Below, one piece after another: positions 36,094 to 46,278 of a stretch of DNA of 64,000 nt. A program made the translations under genes and the position numbers. The first letter of the stretch is position 1; every line of letters starts with the position of its first letter. The DNA lies in the NCBI GenBank assembly GCA_039807095.1, contig JBDHQM010000007.1, positions 9,388 through 73,387 on the forward strand, given 5' to 3'. The notes below the pieces were generated by a model, which was not told where the DNA came from, ran no database searches, and worked only from the letters and a program-made list of their open reading frames with translations. The stretch is from Kiritimatiellia bacterium (GTDB lineage Bacteria > Verrucomicrobiota > Kiritimatiellia > CAIVKH01).

Positions 36094-39000
36094 ATGAGCG
36101 TCATTAAGAGCCGTTATGTCGGACTGCTTATCGCTGTTAGTTTCATGTCGTTTTCGGCCGTGAACGGTCAGGACTTTGACGCGCTGCTTGACGATCTGGC
36201 GCTTCCTTCTCCAACGACCCTCGTAACTGAAGCTGCCGCTGACGCGGCGCCGGCGCCGGAGGTTGAAGCCGAAGCTACTGCTCCCGATATTGAGGAGGCC
36301 GCTGCTGATGAGGCGAGCGATCTCGCGGCACATGAATCGGAGTCGGTGGCGGAAGATGCAGGCGCACTGGACTTGGATGATGATTTCGGATTCGGCGCCG
36401 AGCCCGTTGCCGAGAGTTCCGAAGCTACAGATGTGGTTGAAAATGTTTCCGATGAAGTAGAGGCGCCCGTCGCTGATGCAGATGTTGCTGCACCCGAAGC
36501 AGACGTTGCCGCACCGGAAGTTGATTTCGACTCCGATGACCTTTTCGCCAGCGATGAGCCCGCTCCCGAAGCGGCTCCGCAGGCGGTGACCGAGGCGCCT
36601 GCTGCGTCGGAGCCTGTTTCGTTCGATGATTTTGACTCTGCAGCCCCTGCCGCGAGCAATGACGAAGCCGGAGTGGATTTTGGTTCTGATTTTGATTATG
36701 CGGAGTCGGCCACTAACGACGATGAAGCGCTCAGCGAGCCGGACGCTGTCCCGGTTGCGGCTGCGAGCAGCGGCATCCTTCCGCTTGATCCGACTGCGAG
36801 TGGCCTCAGTCCGGAACTCATTGCTCAACAAGAAGAAGTTCGCCGCCAGGCGAGCGAGGTTGAAGCCAAGGGCAATGCGGAGAAGGGCCTCGCCGCGATC
36901 CGCGCGGGCAACTTGGATGAGGGAATCCCTGCCTTGCTTAACGCACAGGAGAAACTTCCTGTTCGTCCGGCCAACAAATCGCTTCACGACCAGATTTCTG
37001 CGGCGCTGGCGCAGGGCTACGCAAGCCGTGCAGAACAGCAGCTTTCGCGCAACGAGTTGAAAGGTGCCCGTGAATCCATCGCGCGCGCTCAGAGCGCTGG
37101 AGCTGACGTGACACAACTGGAACGCAAACTTGTCGCGGCTGAAAAGCGCGATGCTGAGATCAAATCGCGTCCCGTTCCGGTCAGCAAGCGCCCGGAAGTC
37201 ATTGCTCATCAGAAGTCTGTTGCCGAACTCATTCGCGAAGGACGTCAGTATTTCGACGTGCGCGACTACAACGCGGCGGAAGCCGTTTTTGAGCGTGTCC
37301 TTCTGCAAGACGAGTACAACCTCGACGCCATGCGTTTCCTCCGCCGGATTGACGAGGTGCGGTACAAGATTCGCTCTCAGGAGCGTGAGGCGACAGCGGC
37401 TGAAATGATGCAGAAGGTGCGCGACGGCTGGAACAGCCCGGTTCGCAGCGACGCGGTGCTTCCTCAGTCGGTCGTCAATCGCGGCGCGGTTGAGACGCAG
37501 AGCTCCGCGCAGAAGTTGCAGGAAAAGATGGAGAAAATCATTATTCCTTCCATCGAATTTCGCCAGGCGAACATCTCCGACGTTATCAACTTCCTCGTTG
37601 AGGCGAGCATCGCAGGTGACCCTGAAAAAGCGGGCGTGAACATCATTCTCAATCTCAATACGCCGGGCGGTTCTGCCGCGTCGGCGCCTTCACCGGTCGC
37701 CGCGCCTGCACCGTCTGATGATTTCGGTTTTGGCGATTTCGGATCGGATTTCTCGGCGCCTCCCGCGCAGTCCTTCTCGGCAGCAGCGCCCGATTCGTCC
37801 ATTCCGACGATTACGTTGAATCTCCGCCGCATCTCCTTGCTGGACGCGATCAAGTACATCACGGAAGTGGCGCGCTTGAAGTACCGCTTGGAGCAGAACG
37901 CGGTCATGATCACGCCGGAAGGTGTGGTGTCTGGTCGCGTGCTGACACGTCTCTATCCCGTTCAGCCGTCCATCCTCGATGTGATTGTTGAGAAGGATGA
38001 AGCGCCGCAGCAGGCGGGTTTCGTCGAGTTGGGCGCAAAGTCCACCTCGTTCAAGAAGAGCGATGTCAAAGACTTCTTTGAAAAGGCCGGTGTGCCGTTC
38101 CCGGCGGGAACCTCGATTGCGTACAACTCTGCGATCAGCCAGTTGATCGTCGCGAATACGCCCGAAAACCTCGAGACGTTTGAGAAAATTCTCGCGCGCT
38201 TGAATGTGATTCCTAATCAGGTCGAAATTGAAGCGCGTTTTGTTGAAATCTCGCAGAACGATCTGGAAGAACTCGGATTCCAGTGGTTGCTGACGGACAA
38301 CTGGGAGATTGCCCAGAAGACCGGCCCATTTGGCGCGGGTTCTGCAGAGCGTGTGCAGATGAATGCGGATTCCGATGGCATGACGAAGGGCCTGCGCTTC
38401 TTCGGCCGCAACAATTCTACCGGTGTACTTGAGCCCGCGACGCGCGGCCAGTTCGGCGCAAACATTACGCCCCTTGGCGGCATTGCAACCTTTGCGAGCG
38501 TACTGACGAATCCGGAAGTCTCGCTGGTCATTCAGGCGCTCTCGCAGCACGGCGGAACCGATCTTCTCTCGGCGCCGCGTGTGACAACTCGCAGCGGTGT
38601 GAATGCTCAGATTCAGGTCGTGCGTGAAATCATCTATCCGACCGAGTTCGATACCACGCAGCCGCAGTTCAACGATACGGGCCGCATCACTACGCCTCCG
38701 GTGGTGACCCCGGGCACCTTCGAGAAGCGTGAGACGGGTGTTATCTTGAATGTGACGCCGACTGTCGGTCCGGATGGCTACACGATTGACCTCGTGATGG
38801 CGCCGGAAGTCTCGGAGCTGGTTGACTGGATTCAGTATGGCTCGACCATCACCATTCCGCGCAGCACGGGTGCGATTGATGAACTCTTCACCCCGGATCA
38901 GACCTTTACCTTCAACATTCCGCAGCCGGTATTTGCCAGCCGCAATGTCACGACGAGCATCGTGATCTGGGATGGCCAGACGGTGGTCATGGGTGGTTTG

Positions 39001-39219
39001 ATTCGCGAAGATTTGATCAAGGTGAAGGATAAGATTCCGGGTCTCGGTGACATTCCGCTCATCGGACGTCTCTTCCGTTCTGAAGGCGAATACAGCCAGA
39101 AGAAGAACCTGCTCATCTTTGTCACTGCGCGGCTGGTGGATCCGGCGGGTAAGCCGCTCAATCGTGGCGAAGCTCTGGCCGATGTGGAAGCCGCAGCGGC
39201 TGCTGCTCAGACGCCCTAA
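36094..39219 (+). CDS. pilQ: Secretin (PilQ / GspD-type outer-membrane channel) with a ~330-aa acidic disordered N-terminal extension and a TPR-like segment.
   Basis: C-terminal secretin core: 'LLSAPRVTTRSGVNAQIQVVREIIYPTEFD...VIWDGQTVVMGGLIREDLIKVKDKIPGLGDIPLIGRLFRS'. The N-terminus is D/E/A/P-rich with 'DDDFGFGAEP' and 'DDFGFGDFGSDFS' motifs. Confidence 0.85.
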   Translation: MSVIKSRYVGLLIAVSFMSFSAVNGQDFDALLDDLALPSPTTLVTEAAADAAPAPEVEAEATAPDIEEAAADEASDLAAHESESVAEDAGALDLDDDFGFGAEPVAESSEATDVVENVSDEVEAPVADADVAAPEADVAAPEVDFDSDDLFASDEPAPEAAPQAVTEAPAASEPVSFDDFDSAAPAASNDEAGVDFGSDFDYAESATNDDEALSEPDAVPVAAASSGILPLDPTASGLSPELIAQQEEVRRQASEVEAKGNAEKGLAAIRAGNLDEGIPALLNAQEKLPVRPANKSLHDQISAALAQGYASRAEQQLSRNELKGARESIARAQSAGADVTQLERKLVAAEKRDAEIKSRPVPVSKRPEVIAHQKSVAELIREGRQYFDVRDYNAAEAVFERVLLQDEYNLDAMRFLRRIDEVRYKIRSQEREATAAEMMQKVRDGWNSPVRSDAVLPQSVVNRGAVETQSSAQKLQEKMEKIIIPSIEFRQANISDVINFLVEASIAGDPEKAGVNIILNLNTPGGSAASAPSPVAAPAPSDDFGFGDFGSDFSAPPAQSFSAAAPDSSIPTITLNLRRISLLDAIKYITEVARLKYRLEQNAVMITPEGVVSGRVLTRLYPVQPSILDVIVEKDEAPQQAGFVELGAKSTSFKKSDVKDFFEKAGVPFPAGTSIAYNSAISQLIVANTPENLETFEKILARLNVIPNQVEIEARFVEISQNDLEELGFQWLLTDNWEIAQKTGPFGAGSAERVQMNADSDGMTKGLRFFGRNNSTGVLEPATRGQFGANITPLGGIATFASVLTNPEVSLVIQALSQHGGTDLLSAPRVTTRSGVNAQIQVVREIIYPTEFDTTQPQFNDTGRITTPPVVTPGTFEKRETGVILNVTPTVGPDGYTIDLVMAPEVSELVDWIQYGSTITIPRSTGAIDELFTPDQTFTFNIPQPVFASRNVTTSIVIWDGQTVVMGGLIREDLIKVKDKIPGLGDIPLIGRLFRSEGEYSQKKNLLIFVTARLVDPAGKPLNRGEALADVEAAAAAAQTP

Positions 39220-39231
39220 GTTTTGCCTATG

Positions 39232-39285
39232 CGCGCGGGTGCGTAGCAATGCGTACCCGCGCGACAGGCATTGTGAAGTTTTGTT
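39232..39285 (+). terminator. Possible weak intrinsic terminator after the secretin gene.
   Basis: A GC stem 'cgcgcgggt...acccgcgcg' (9 bp) with a 14-nt loop. The U-rich 'gttttgtt' lies ~15 nt further on, so this is not a canonical terminator. Confidence 0.25.
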
Positions 39286-39384
39286 CGCGCGGTGGTGTCT
39301 TCGCAGCACGGCCTGGGCGCTCTGCCGTTGCGACGCAGATGATTCTGCATCAAACCGCTGGAATTTCTGTTTGAACAACATCAA

Positions 39385-40266
39385 ATGCCTGATTCCCAAT
39401 GCTTGTTGCTGATTGATGCGATGGCGCTTGCGTATCGCGCCTTTCACGCCATTCCGCCGCTTTCTGCCAAAGATGGAACGCCAACGAATGCCGTGATGGG
39501 ATTCATTAAGGCACAGAGAAATATGGGGGAGCGTTTTTCGCCCTCGCATCTGGCTGTAGTCTTTGATGGCGGTTTGCCGGCGTCGCGAATGGCGCTGCTG
39601 CCGGAGTATAAGGCGCAGCGTTCAGAAATGCCGGATGATCTCGCCAGGCAATTGCCGCTCTTGGATGCCTATTTGGATGCCTCAGCCATTGCGCGGGTGC
39701 GAGTGATGGAGCAGGAGGCGGATGATGTATTGGCGACGCTTGCGCGGCAGGCGGCGGAGCAGGGGATGCCGGTCGTGATTGCAACGAGCGATAAGGATTT
39801 GTTTCAGCTTGTGGGCGACCGCGTGAATCTTGTGGCACCGGTGAAGGATGCGCCAATGGTGGATTCGCGGACTGTTCAGGAGAAGACCGGGGTGACACCG
39901 GAGTTGATTCCTTCGTGGTTGGCGCTAACGGGGGATTCGGTTGATAACATCCCGGGAGTGCCGGGCGTGGGTCCGAAGACGGCGGCGAAGTTGTTGCAAC
40001 AATTTGGGTCGTTAGAGGGAATTTGGGAAAATCTTGCAGAGGTTAAGGGTGAGAAACTGCGGGAGTCCCTGGCTGCTTCGCGGGAGGCCGTTCGGCGGAA
40101 TCTTGCGATGGTGACTTTGGATACAGCGGTTTCACCCGTGCCAGCGCTCAGTGAGTTAGCAGTTTCTCAGCCGCACGGCGGGGCCTTGCGGGAGCTGCTG
40201 CTGCGTCTGGACATGCCTTCCCTTGCACCTGCGCCGATGGCACCGATCCAGATGGAGCTTTTATAG
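39385..40266 (+). CDS. Stand-alone 5'-3' exonuclease (Pol I N-terminal-domain / FEN-like).
   Basis: 'CLLLIDAMALAYRAFHAIPPLSAKDGTPTNAVMGF...ADDVLATLARQAAEQGMPVVIATSDKDLFQLV' gives a near-textbook alignment to the Pol I 5'-nuclease domain. At 293 aa it has no polymerase part. Confidence 0.8.
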   Translation: MPDSQCLLLIDAMALAYRAFHAIPPLSAKDGTPTNAVMGFIKAQRNMGERFSPSHLAVVFDGGLPASRMALLPEYKAQRSEMPDDLARQLPLLDAYLDASAIARVRVMEQEADDVLATLARQAAEQGMPVVIATSDKDLFQLVGDRVNLVAPVKDAPMVDSRTVQEKTGVTPELIPSWLALTGDSVDNIPGVPGVGPKTAAKLLQQFGSLEGIWENLAEVKGEKLRESLAASREAVRRNLAMVTLDTAVSPVPALSELAVSQPHGGALRELLLRLDMPSLAPAPMAPIQMELL

Positions 40267-40295
40267 GCTGCAAGCGCTGATTTCGGATTAGGACC

Positions 40296-42332
40296 TTGAT
40301 GAATTCGTCTTTTCAACGCGCGATACTAACTATCCTGGCGCTGCTATTTCTCTTCACAGTGGCGATGGGTGCCCGGATGGCGGTTCTCAATGCGCAGTAT
40401 CAGCGCTTTGGATCAGACTTGCCCTTTACTCTTGAAAGCGCGCTGCACTATCGCCGTGTGAAGATGGTGTATGATACGGGGCGTCTGCCTGCGAGGGATA
40501 TGATGGTGGAGTATCCGGGGGGGATAGACCCGCGGACAACCTACACAGTTGGTGCGGAATATATTTATGCGCCGCTCGCTAAACTATTGCCGTCTCACCT
40601 GCCGGTACCGAATCGTGTGCGGATAGTAGAGGCTGCATGGTTTTCTCTCGGGATTCCTTTTCTCGCACTGGGGCTATATGGATGGCGTCGGAGTATTGGA
40701 GCGGCTTTATGGGGGTCGCTTTTTTACGCGTTGGCACTCTCCAACGTAATTCGTTCGACAGGACAGGAACTTTCACACGAAAACTTTGCGATGCCGATGT
40801 TGATCGGGCACTGGGCATTTTGCGTGTGGGCAGGCGAACTGGCTATTGGATGGCGGCGTCGCGCTGCGCAGGCAGGCTCTGCGGTAATGCTGGCGCTGGC
40901 GCTTTGCGCGTGGGACATGGTTCAGTTCTACATCGCGCTTCGATTGATCTATCGCCTCTGGCGTATGGTGCGTGCGGCAGCCGGTAGTGTTTCGACGCGC
41001 GATGGGTGGGGGTTGGAATACCTTGCGCTCGCTGCGGTTGGAGTGTTGAATCCCTATCACCGGGGGCAGGGTTGGCTTCTTTCGGGGACGATGGGGTTGG
41101 CGCATGCAGCAACAATTTTGATTTTTGCGCGAGGATGGCTCGAGTCGCGATGGGGCGACAGCCGAATGCACGTAATTCGTGCCCGTGCGATTGCGGTCGC
41201 AGCGGTATTGGCGGGTGTCTGGGCGGCACATTTCCTTCTGCCTGCTGCAGGCGCTTATGGACATTTTGGCGAGTTGCTTTGGGCCAAATTGCGCTATTTG
41301 AATGTGAAGCCTGCGGATCCTGCTCGCCTGACGTTCGGGCAGCGAATCTTGTGGGTGCCTGCCTTAAATTCGACAGATTGGCGCCTTGCTTTAACGCTGT
41401 TTCCCGCGCTATTGGGATTGACAATCCCCGCGTTTATCGTAGCGTTTACGAAGACACGGAGATCGCCCGATTCCAGAGTGAGCGAGTTGATGTTCGCTTG
41501 GGCGGTGTCGCTGATAGCCTTCTGGTTGTTCGCACGATTCCATGTCTTTCTTTCCCTCTTTAGCTGCATGCTGATTGGATTGGCTTGGTCGCTCCTCCCG
41601 TCATCGCGTCTCTGGCTGAAAATCGTTGTCGGAGTTGCGGTCGGGGGCGGACTGTTGGTCGAAAGCCTACACACCTTGCGGCGTCCGGAGCAGTGGGGCC
41701 GGGTGAATGTTTATTTCAAGGAAATCAATGAACTGACCGAGTGGCTTGAGCGACACGTTTCGCCGGATGCGGTGTTGGCCAATTTCGGAACGAGCGCTTC
41801 GGTTGCGGCGTATGGCAAGTGCGCGATCATTTTACATCCGAAATTTGAGAATGCTGCACTCCGTCAGCGGGTGCGGGACTATGGAGAGACACTGTTTTTG
41901 AAGGACGAAAAGTCATTCCGCGATTGGGCGGTTGCGCGGGGCGCCCGCTACTATGTGTATGCATTTGGCGAATTCTCTTCGGTGCATCCGGAGCTGCAAA
42001 TGCGCTATTTTGTGAATGCGCTGAATCCACCGGAAGATGCCGCCGCACGCGGGTTTGAGTTTCATCCGGACGACACGACATGGTTTGTACCGCTGTGGCG
42101 CAACATGAAGTATGCGGTTTATCGCGTAGTTTCGCCTGCGGATGAAGAGAATGCCGGACGGGATGTGGCGCTTGCGGAAGCCGCTTTTGAGCGCGGTAAT
42201 TTAGATGAGACCTCGAGTTTGGCTGCGTTAGCGCTGCAGAATTTTCCCCGCCATCCGCGCGCGCTGGAACTGCTGCGTTTGGCAGGAACACTGCAGGCGG
42301 ATGGATTTCGAGGGGAGCGCGCGCCGCGGTGA
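40296..42332 (+). CDS. Large polytopic membrane protein with a TPR-like C-terminal tail, possibly a GT-C-fold glycosyltransferase (PMT/ArnT-like).
   Basis: About 11-13 TM helices, a first periplasmic loop 'MVYDTGRLPARDMMVEYPGGIDP' and a soluble C-terminal tail. The assignment is tentative. Confidence 0.35.
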   Translation: MMNSSFQRAILTILALLFLFTVAMGARMAVLNAQYQRFGSDLPFTLESALHYRRVKMVYDTGRLPARDMMVEYPGGIDPRTTYTVGAEYIYAPLAKLLPSHLPVPNRVRIVEAAWFSLGIPFLALGLYGWRRSIGAALWGSLFYALALSNVIRSTGQELSHENFAMPMLIGHWAFCVWAGELAIGWRRRAAQAGSAVMLALALCAWDMVQFYIALRLIYRLWRMVRAAAGSVSTRDGWGLEYLALAAVGVLNPYHRGQGWLLSGTMGLAHAATILIFARGWLESRWGDSRMHVIRARAIAVAAVLAGVWAAHFLLPAAGAYGHFGELLWAKLRYLNVKPADPARLTFGQRILWVPALNSTDWRLALTLFPALLGLTIPAFIVAFTKTRRSPDSRVSELMFAWAVSLIAFWLFARFHVFLSLFSCMLIGLAWSLLPSSRLWLKIVVGVAVGGGLLVESLHTLRRPEQWGRVNVYFKEINELTEWLERHVSPDAVLANFGTSASVAAYGKCAIILHPKFENAALRQRVRDYGETLFLKDEKSFRDWAVARGARYYVYAFGEFSSVHPELQMRYFVNALNPPEDAAARGFEFHPDDTTWFVPLWRNMKYAVYRVVSPADEENAGRDVALAEAAFERGNLDETSSLAALALQNFPRHPRALELLRLAGTLQADGFRGERAPR

Positions 42333-42943
42333 GTGCATACCCATCGGTGGCGGTGACGGGCGGTGTGGGATGCGGGAAGAGCGAGGTGGGGCGAATCCTC
42401 GCAGAGCTGGGTGTGGCGGTGTTGGATGCGGATGTGCTTGCGCACGAATTTTTGAAGCATGACAGCGCGGTTCGCGAAGCGGTGCTGCAGTTGTGCGGAC
42501 GTGAAGTTTTGGATGCTGATGGCGAGTTGAATCGAAGAGCGATAGGTGCGCAGGTCTTCGCAGATACCGGGAAGCGGTTGGCATTGGAAGCCATTCTGCA
42601 TCCGCGCATCTGGAGTCGGATTCGTTCCTGGCGTGAGGAGTTGCGCGCCTCCCAGGCGTCAGCCGCATTGATCCCGCTGCTGTACGAGGCGGGGTTGACG
42701 GAGGGATGGGATGCGATTTGGTGCATCGCAACGTCGGACGAAGTGGTGAACGGGCGGTTGCGCGATCGGGGCTGGAGTATTGAGCAGATTGAGCAACGGC
42801 GCCGCGCGCAATGGCCGATAGACGAAAAGATTAAGCGTGCAGACGTGGTGATCCGGAATGATGGATCGCGCGAGGCTTTGAAAGAGAACGTTTTGGAGTG
42901 TTGGACAACCTTAGTGAAAAGGAGCAGAGGTCATGGCGGATGA
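42329..42943 (+). CDS. coaE: Dephospho-CoA kinase.
   Basis: '[34 protein letters not shown]'. Confidence 0.85.
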   Translation: MSAYPSVAVTGGVGCGKSEVGRILAELGVAVLDADVLAHEFLKHDSAVREAVLQLCGREVLDADGELNRRAIGAQVFADTGKRLALEAILHPRIWSRIRSWREELRASQASAALIPLLYEAGLTEGWDAIWCIATSDEVVNGRLRDRGWSIEQIEQRRRAQWPIDEKIKRADVVIRNDGSREALKENVLECWTTLVKRSRGHGG

Positions 42944-44444
42944 GCAACAGAACAACATGAGACATCGCAGAGGGCGTCGCCCCGGTCGTCATCATCGTCA
43001 CCACGGCGGGCGCCGTGGCGGGCCGAATGTACCCCAGGATTCCTGGTCTCCGCCGGTGGGTGCGGATTTTGACGACCCGGGAGAATCGGGCAATGTCGCG
43101 AACGCGCCGGGCGCGATTCAGGAAGTGAATCCGAATGCGGACGGCAATGTGGGCGAGCTTCCTCCCGCGCCCCGCCCGCAGGGTGAGGCACGCCTATTGA
43201 AGCTGTTTGAACTGCAAACGCTTTCCGTACCAGACATCAAGGCGGTTGCAGACAGCTACGGCTTGGTCGAATTGGGCGCCTTGCGCAAACACGAGTTGAT
43301 TTTCGAAATCCTGCGTGCAAACGCGCGCCTCGGCGGCCAGATGTTCGGGCGCGGTGTGCTGGAGATTCTGCCGGATGGATTCGGCTTCCTTCGCTCTCCG
43401 CTGAATAACTATCTGCCGTGTCCGGAAGACCTGTATGTCTCGCCGTCGCAGATCCGCCGCTTCGCGTTGCGGACGGGCGATTATGTCGAAGGCGAAATCC
43501 GCTCGCCGAAGGATAAGGAGCGCTTCTTTGCGCTTCAGAAGGTGGATCACATCAACGGGTCTGCACCGGAAAAACAGCGTTCGAAAGTTCCGTTTGAGAA
43601 TCTGACGCCGCTGTTTCCCGATCGCAGGATCAATCTGGAGACGAAGCAGGACGAAGTCTCGATGCGGGTGATGGATATTCTCACTCCGATTGGCTTCGGC
43701 CAGCGCGGGTTGATTGTAGCCCCGCCGCGCACGGGTAAGACGGTGCTTTTGCAGAAGATTGCGAACAGTATTTCAGCCAATCATCCGGACGCGCATTTGA
43801 TTGTGTTGCTCATTGATGAGCGCCCGGAAGAAGTTACGGACATGGAGCGTAACACGAAGGCACAGGTGTTGAGCTCCACGTTTGACGAACCACCGGAGCG
43901 ACATGTTCAGGTTGCGGAGATTGTCATTGAGGTTGCCAAGCGCATGGTGGAGTGCGGGCGCGATGTGATCATTCTGTTGGACAGCATCACGCGATTGGCG
44001 CGCGCCTACAACACGATCGCGCCGCACAGCGGAAAGATTCTCTCCGGCGGTGTGGATGCGAATGCGCTGCACAAGCCGAAGCGTTTCTTCGGTGCGGCTC
44101 GAAATATCGAGGGCGGTGGCAGTCTGACGATCGTCGCGACGGCGCTGGTGGACACGGGCAGCCGCATGGACGAAGTCATTTTCGAAGAGTTCAAGGGAAC
44201 GGGAAATATGGAGCTGGCACTGGATCGCCATCTGGTGGACAAGCGCATTTTCCCTGCCATCAACGTTGAAAAATCGGGTACTCGCAAGGAAGAGCTCTTG
44301 CTCCATCCCGACGAACTGGCCAAAATCTGGATTCTCCGCAAGGCGCTGAATGGTGTGCCGGCGGTGGAGGCGATGGAGTTGATTGTGAATCGCCTGAAGA
44401 AGACCAAGAGCAATGCCGAGTTCCTGATGACACTGCAGGGTTAG
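42933..44444 (+). CDS. rho: Transcription termination factor Rho with a ~95-aa Arg/His/Gly/Pro-rich N-terminal extension.
   Basis: '[24 protein letters not shown]...[15 protein letters not shown]...[15 protein letters not shown]' is preceded by '[32 protein letters not shown]...'. Confidence 0.9.
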   Translation: MADEQQNNMRHRRGRRPGRHHRHHGGRRGGPNVPQDSWSPPVGADFDDPGESGNVANAPGAIQEVNPNADGNVGELPPAPRPQGEARLLKLFELQTLSVPDIKAVADSYGLVELGALRKHELIFEILRANARLGGQMFGRGVLEILPDGFGFLRSPLNNYLPCPEDLYVSPSQIRRFALRTGDYVEGEIRSPKDKERFFALQKVDHINGSAPEKQRSKVPFENLTPLFPDRRINLETKQDEVSMRVMDILTPIGFGQRGLIVAPPRTGKTVLLQKIANSISANHPDAHLIVLLIDERPEEVTDMERNTKAQVLSSTFDEPPERHVQVAEIVIEVAKRMVECGRDVIILLDSITRLARAYNTIAPHSGKILSGGVDANALHKPKRFFGAARNIEGGGSLTIVATALVDTGSRMDEVIFEEFKGTGNMELALDRHLVDKRIFPAINVEKSGTRKEELLLHPDELAKIWILRKALNGVPAVEAMELIVNRLKKTKSNAEFLMTLQG

Positions 44445-44468
44445 CGGCGGAAAGGACAGCGCGCGGGC

Positions 44469-46217
44469 ATGAGCGTGCACACATTGAAGCGAAGAGGGCG
44501 GATTGCGTGGGCGGCTGCTGCCGCAGTGCTATCCCTCTTGCTGCATGCCGCGCTGCTGGAAAGCCTGCCGCCGATGGCGTTGGGGCGTCCGGTGGATCGC
44601 TCGCGTTGGATTGACTATTCCGCGCTTGCGCTTGGATCCGTCCAGGTGGAGCCGCCCAAAATCGAGTATCCGCCCGCTCGTTTCCGTCCGGAAAATCCGA
44701 ACGATGTCATCAATGCGCTGGACGCCAGTGAGGCCAGCGCGATGAAGGCGGGTTTTGATATTCCGGTGCCTGCCGCGCCCGATGTTTCAGCGGGAATAAT
44801 TCAGGGCGAGTCGCAGGCGTTAGCGGAGCCCGCGCCTCCGGAGCCGCGCGCTATTTGGGATCCGCGCGAGGAGATTATTCAGATTGAGCGGCGATCGGCG
44901 GATGAGCAACGGAGCGCGCTGCCCCGGCGCTACACGGAGGCCATTGATCGCTCTGTTCGCGTTCCGGATGTTACCCTGCCGCGAGAGGACATAGCCGATT
45001 TCCCCTCCGTTGCCGGCGGTCGTGGTACGCAGGGCGTAGAAACCGTGAGTCGCGCTGTCGAGTGGCCGGAAGGCTGGGGCGCGAATCTGCTCGGGGCCGT
45101 GGAACCGCAGACTGATTTTCTGCCCGAAGCTGCGACGTTTGCAAATCGGCCCGATCCGGAGCGCGTAGTTCTGCCAGCGACGGAGCAATATCTTGCGTTG
45201 GATGTGCAAACCTTCCGTGCAGAGGACGAGGGGGGCGCGGTATATTTCCGCATTCAGATCATGCGCTATGGCGAAGATTCGCTGCCGGTGATTCCGAAGG
45301 ATGTGCTTTTATTGCAGGACTGTTCGGAAAGTATTACTCCCGCGAAACTCGCAGAGTGCAAGCGAGGTTTGCGGCGGTGGATGGATTGGATAGGCCCTGA
45401 AGATCGTTTTCAGATCATCGGCTTTAGCGATAAGATTCAGCGCTGCTTTGATGAGGCGTGGCAGCCCCTCACGACGACAACGCGCCAACAGGCATTGGAG
45501 TTTATTGATTCGCTGCGCGCGGTCGGGAACACAGATGTGTATGGATCGCTGGCCTCCGCAGCGGCACTCCCGCGCGATCCGGATCGCCCCTTCTTGATTG
45601 TCCTGATCACAGATGGTCGGCCTACGATAGGAGTGACGGGAAGCCCGGACATTATTGATCGTTTTTCGGCTGAAAGCGCGGGGCGCCTTTCGGTCTTTTC
45701 GGTTGGAGCCGGGCGGCGCGCAAACCGGTTTTTGCTCGATTTGCTGAGCTATCGGAATCGAGGAGATTCGCTGGTTGTGCCGGATGACTCCATGTTGGCG
45801 TCTGCGATGGATCGTTGGGCGCAGGAGACGCGGCGCCCTGTTCTTACAGATTTGCGCTACCGGTTCGCCGGACTGAGCGAGGCGGATGTGTATCCGCGCG
45901 CGCTGACGCCACTTTTCCTCGATCGCCCGCTTTTGTTGTACGGGCGGGCTGAGAATCCCGATGCCCGGATTGCCTTTCAGGTGGTGGGGCAGAGTGGTGG
46001 CGAGACGCGCGATCTGATTTTTCCGCTCTCCTTGAGTGAGTCGGGCACTGGCGATGAGGATCTCCGGAGGCGCTGGGCGTGGCACCGGATCTACTATTTG
46101 ATTGGCGAGCATACCCGCACGGGTGATGCGTCGCTGGTTTCGACTATTCGCGAAACCGCTGCGCAATACGGCCTGACAGTGCCGTATGGATATAGTGAGA
46201 GTCTTCCGCGTTGGTAG
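44469..46217 (+). CDS. Membrane-anchored von Willebrand factor A (vWA) domain protein.
   Basis: N-terminal TM 'IAWAAAAAVLSLLLHAALL'. vWA/MIDAS-like 'VLLLQDCSESIT...DVYGSLASAA...FLIVLITDGRPT'. Confidence 0.55.
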   Translation: MSVHTLKRRGRIAWAAAAAVLSLLLHAALLESLPPMALGRPVDRSRWIDYSALALGSVQVEPPKIEYPPARFRPENPNDVINALDASEASAMKAGFDIPVPAAPDVSAGIIQGESQALAEPAPPEPRAIWDPREEIIQIERRSADEQRSALPRRYTEAIDRSVRVPDVTLPREDIADFPSVAGGRGTQGVETVSRAVEWPEGWGANLLGAVEPQTDFLPEAATFANRPDPERVVLPATEQYLALDVQTFRAEDEGGAVYFRIQIMRYGEDSLPVIPKDVLLLQDCSESITPAKLAECKRGLRRWMDWIGPEDRFQIIGFSDKIQRCFDEAWQPLTTTTRQQALEFIDSLRAVGNTDVYGSLASAAALPRDPDRPFLIVLITDGRPTIGVTGSPDIIDRFSAESAGRLSVFSVGAGRRANRFLLDLLSYRNRGDSLVVPDDSMLASAMDRWAQETRRPVLTDLRYRFAGLSEADVYPRALTPLFLDRPLLLYGRAENPDARIAFQVVGQSGGETRDLIFPLSLSESGTGDEDLRRRWAWHRIYYLIGEHTRTGDASLVSTIRETAAQYGLTVPYGYSESLPRW

Positions 46218-46278
46218 ATTGACGAGCGGGGGCCGGATACCTATTGTAGACCGTTTCTTTTTTGGGAGATCAGCTAGA

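Noticed and set aside
39220-39384. A possible tRNA or ncRNA in the 166-nt gap after the secretin, and in other gaps over 100 nt (16667-16814, 25179-25452, 31488-31681).
   Set aside because: No cloverleaf-compatible segments or GTTC-type T-arm motifs were found by eye. The gaps look like ordinary promoter or terminator spacers. This cannot be fully excluded without tRNAscan or Infernal.
37690-39549. 619-aa minus-strand ORF antisense to the secretin.
   Set aside because: It is antisense to the conserved secretin core and has Arg-rich junk translation.
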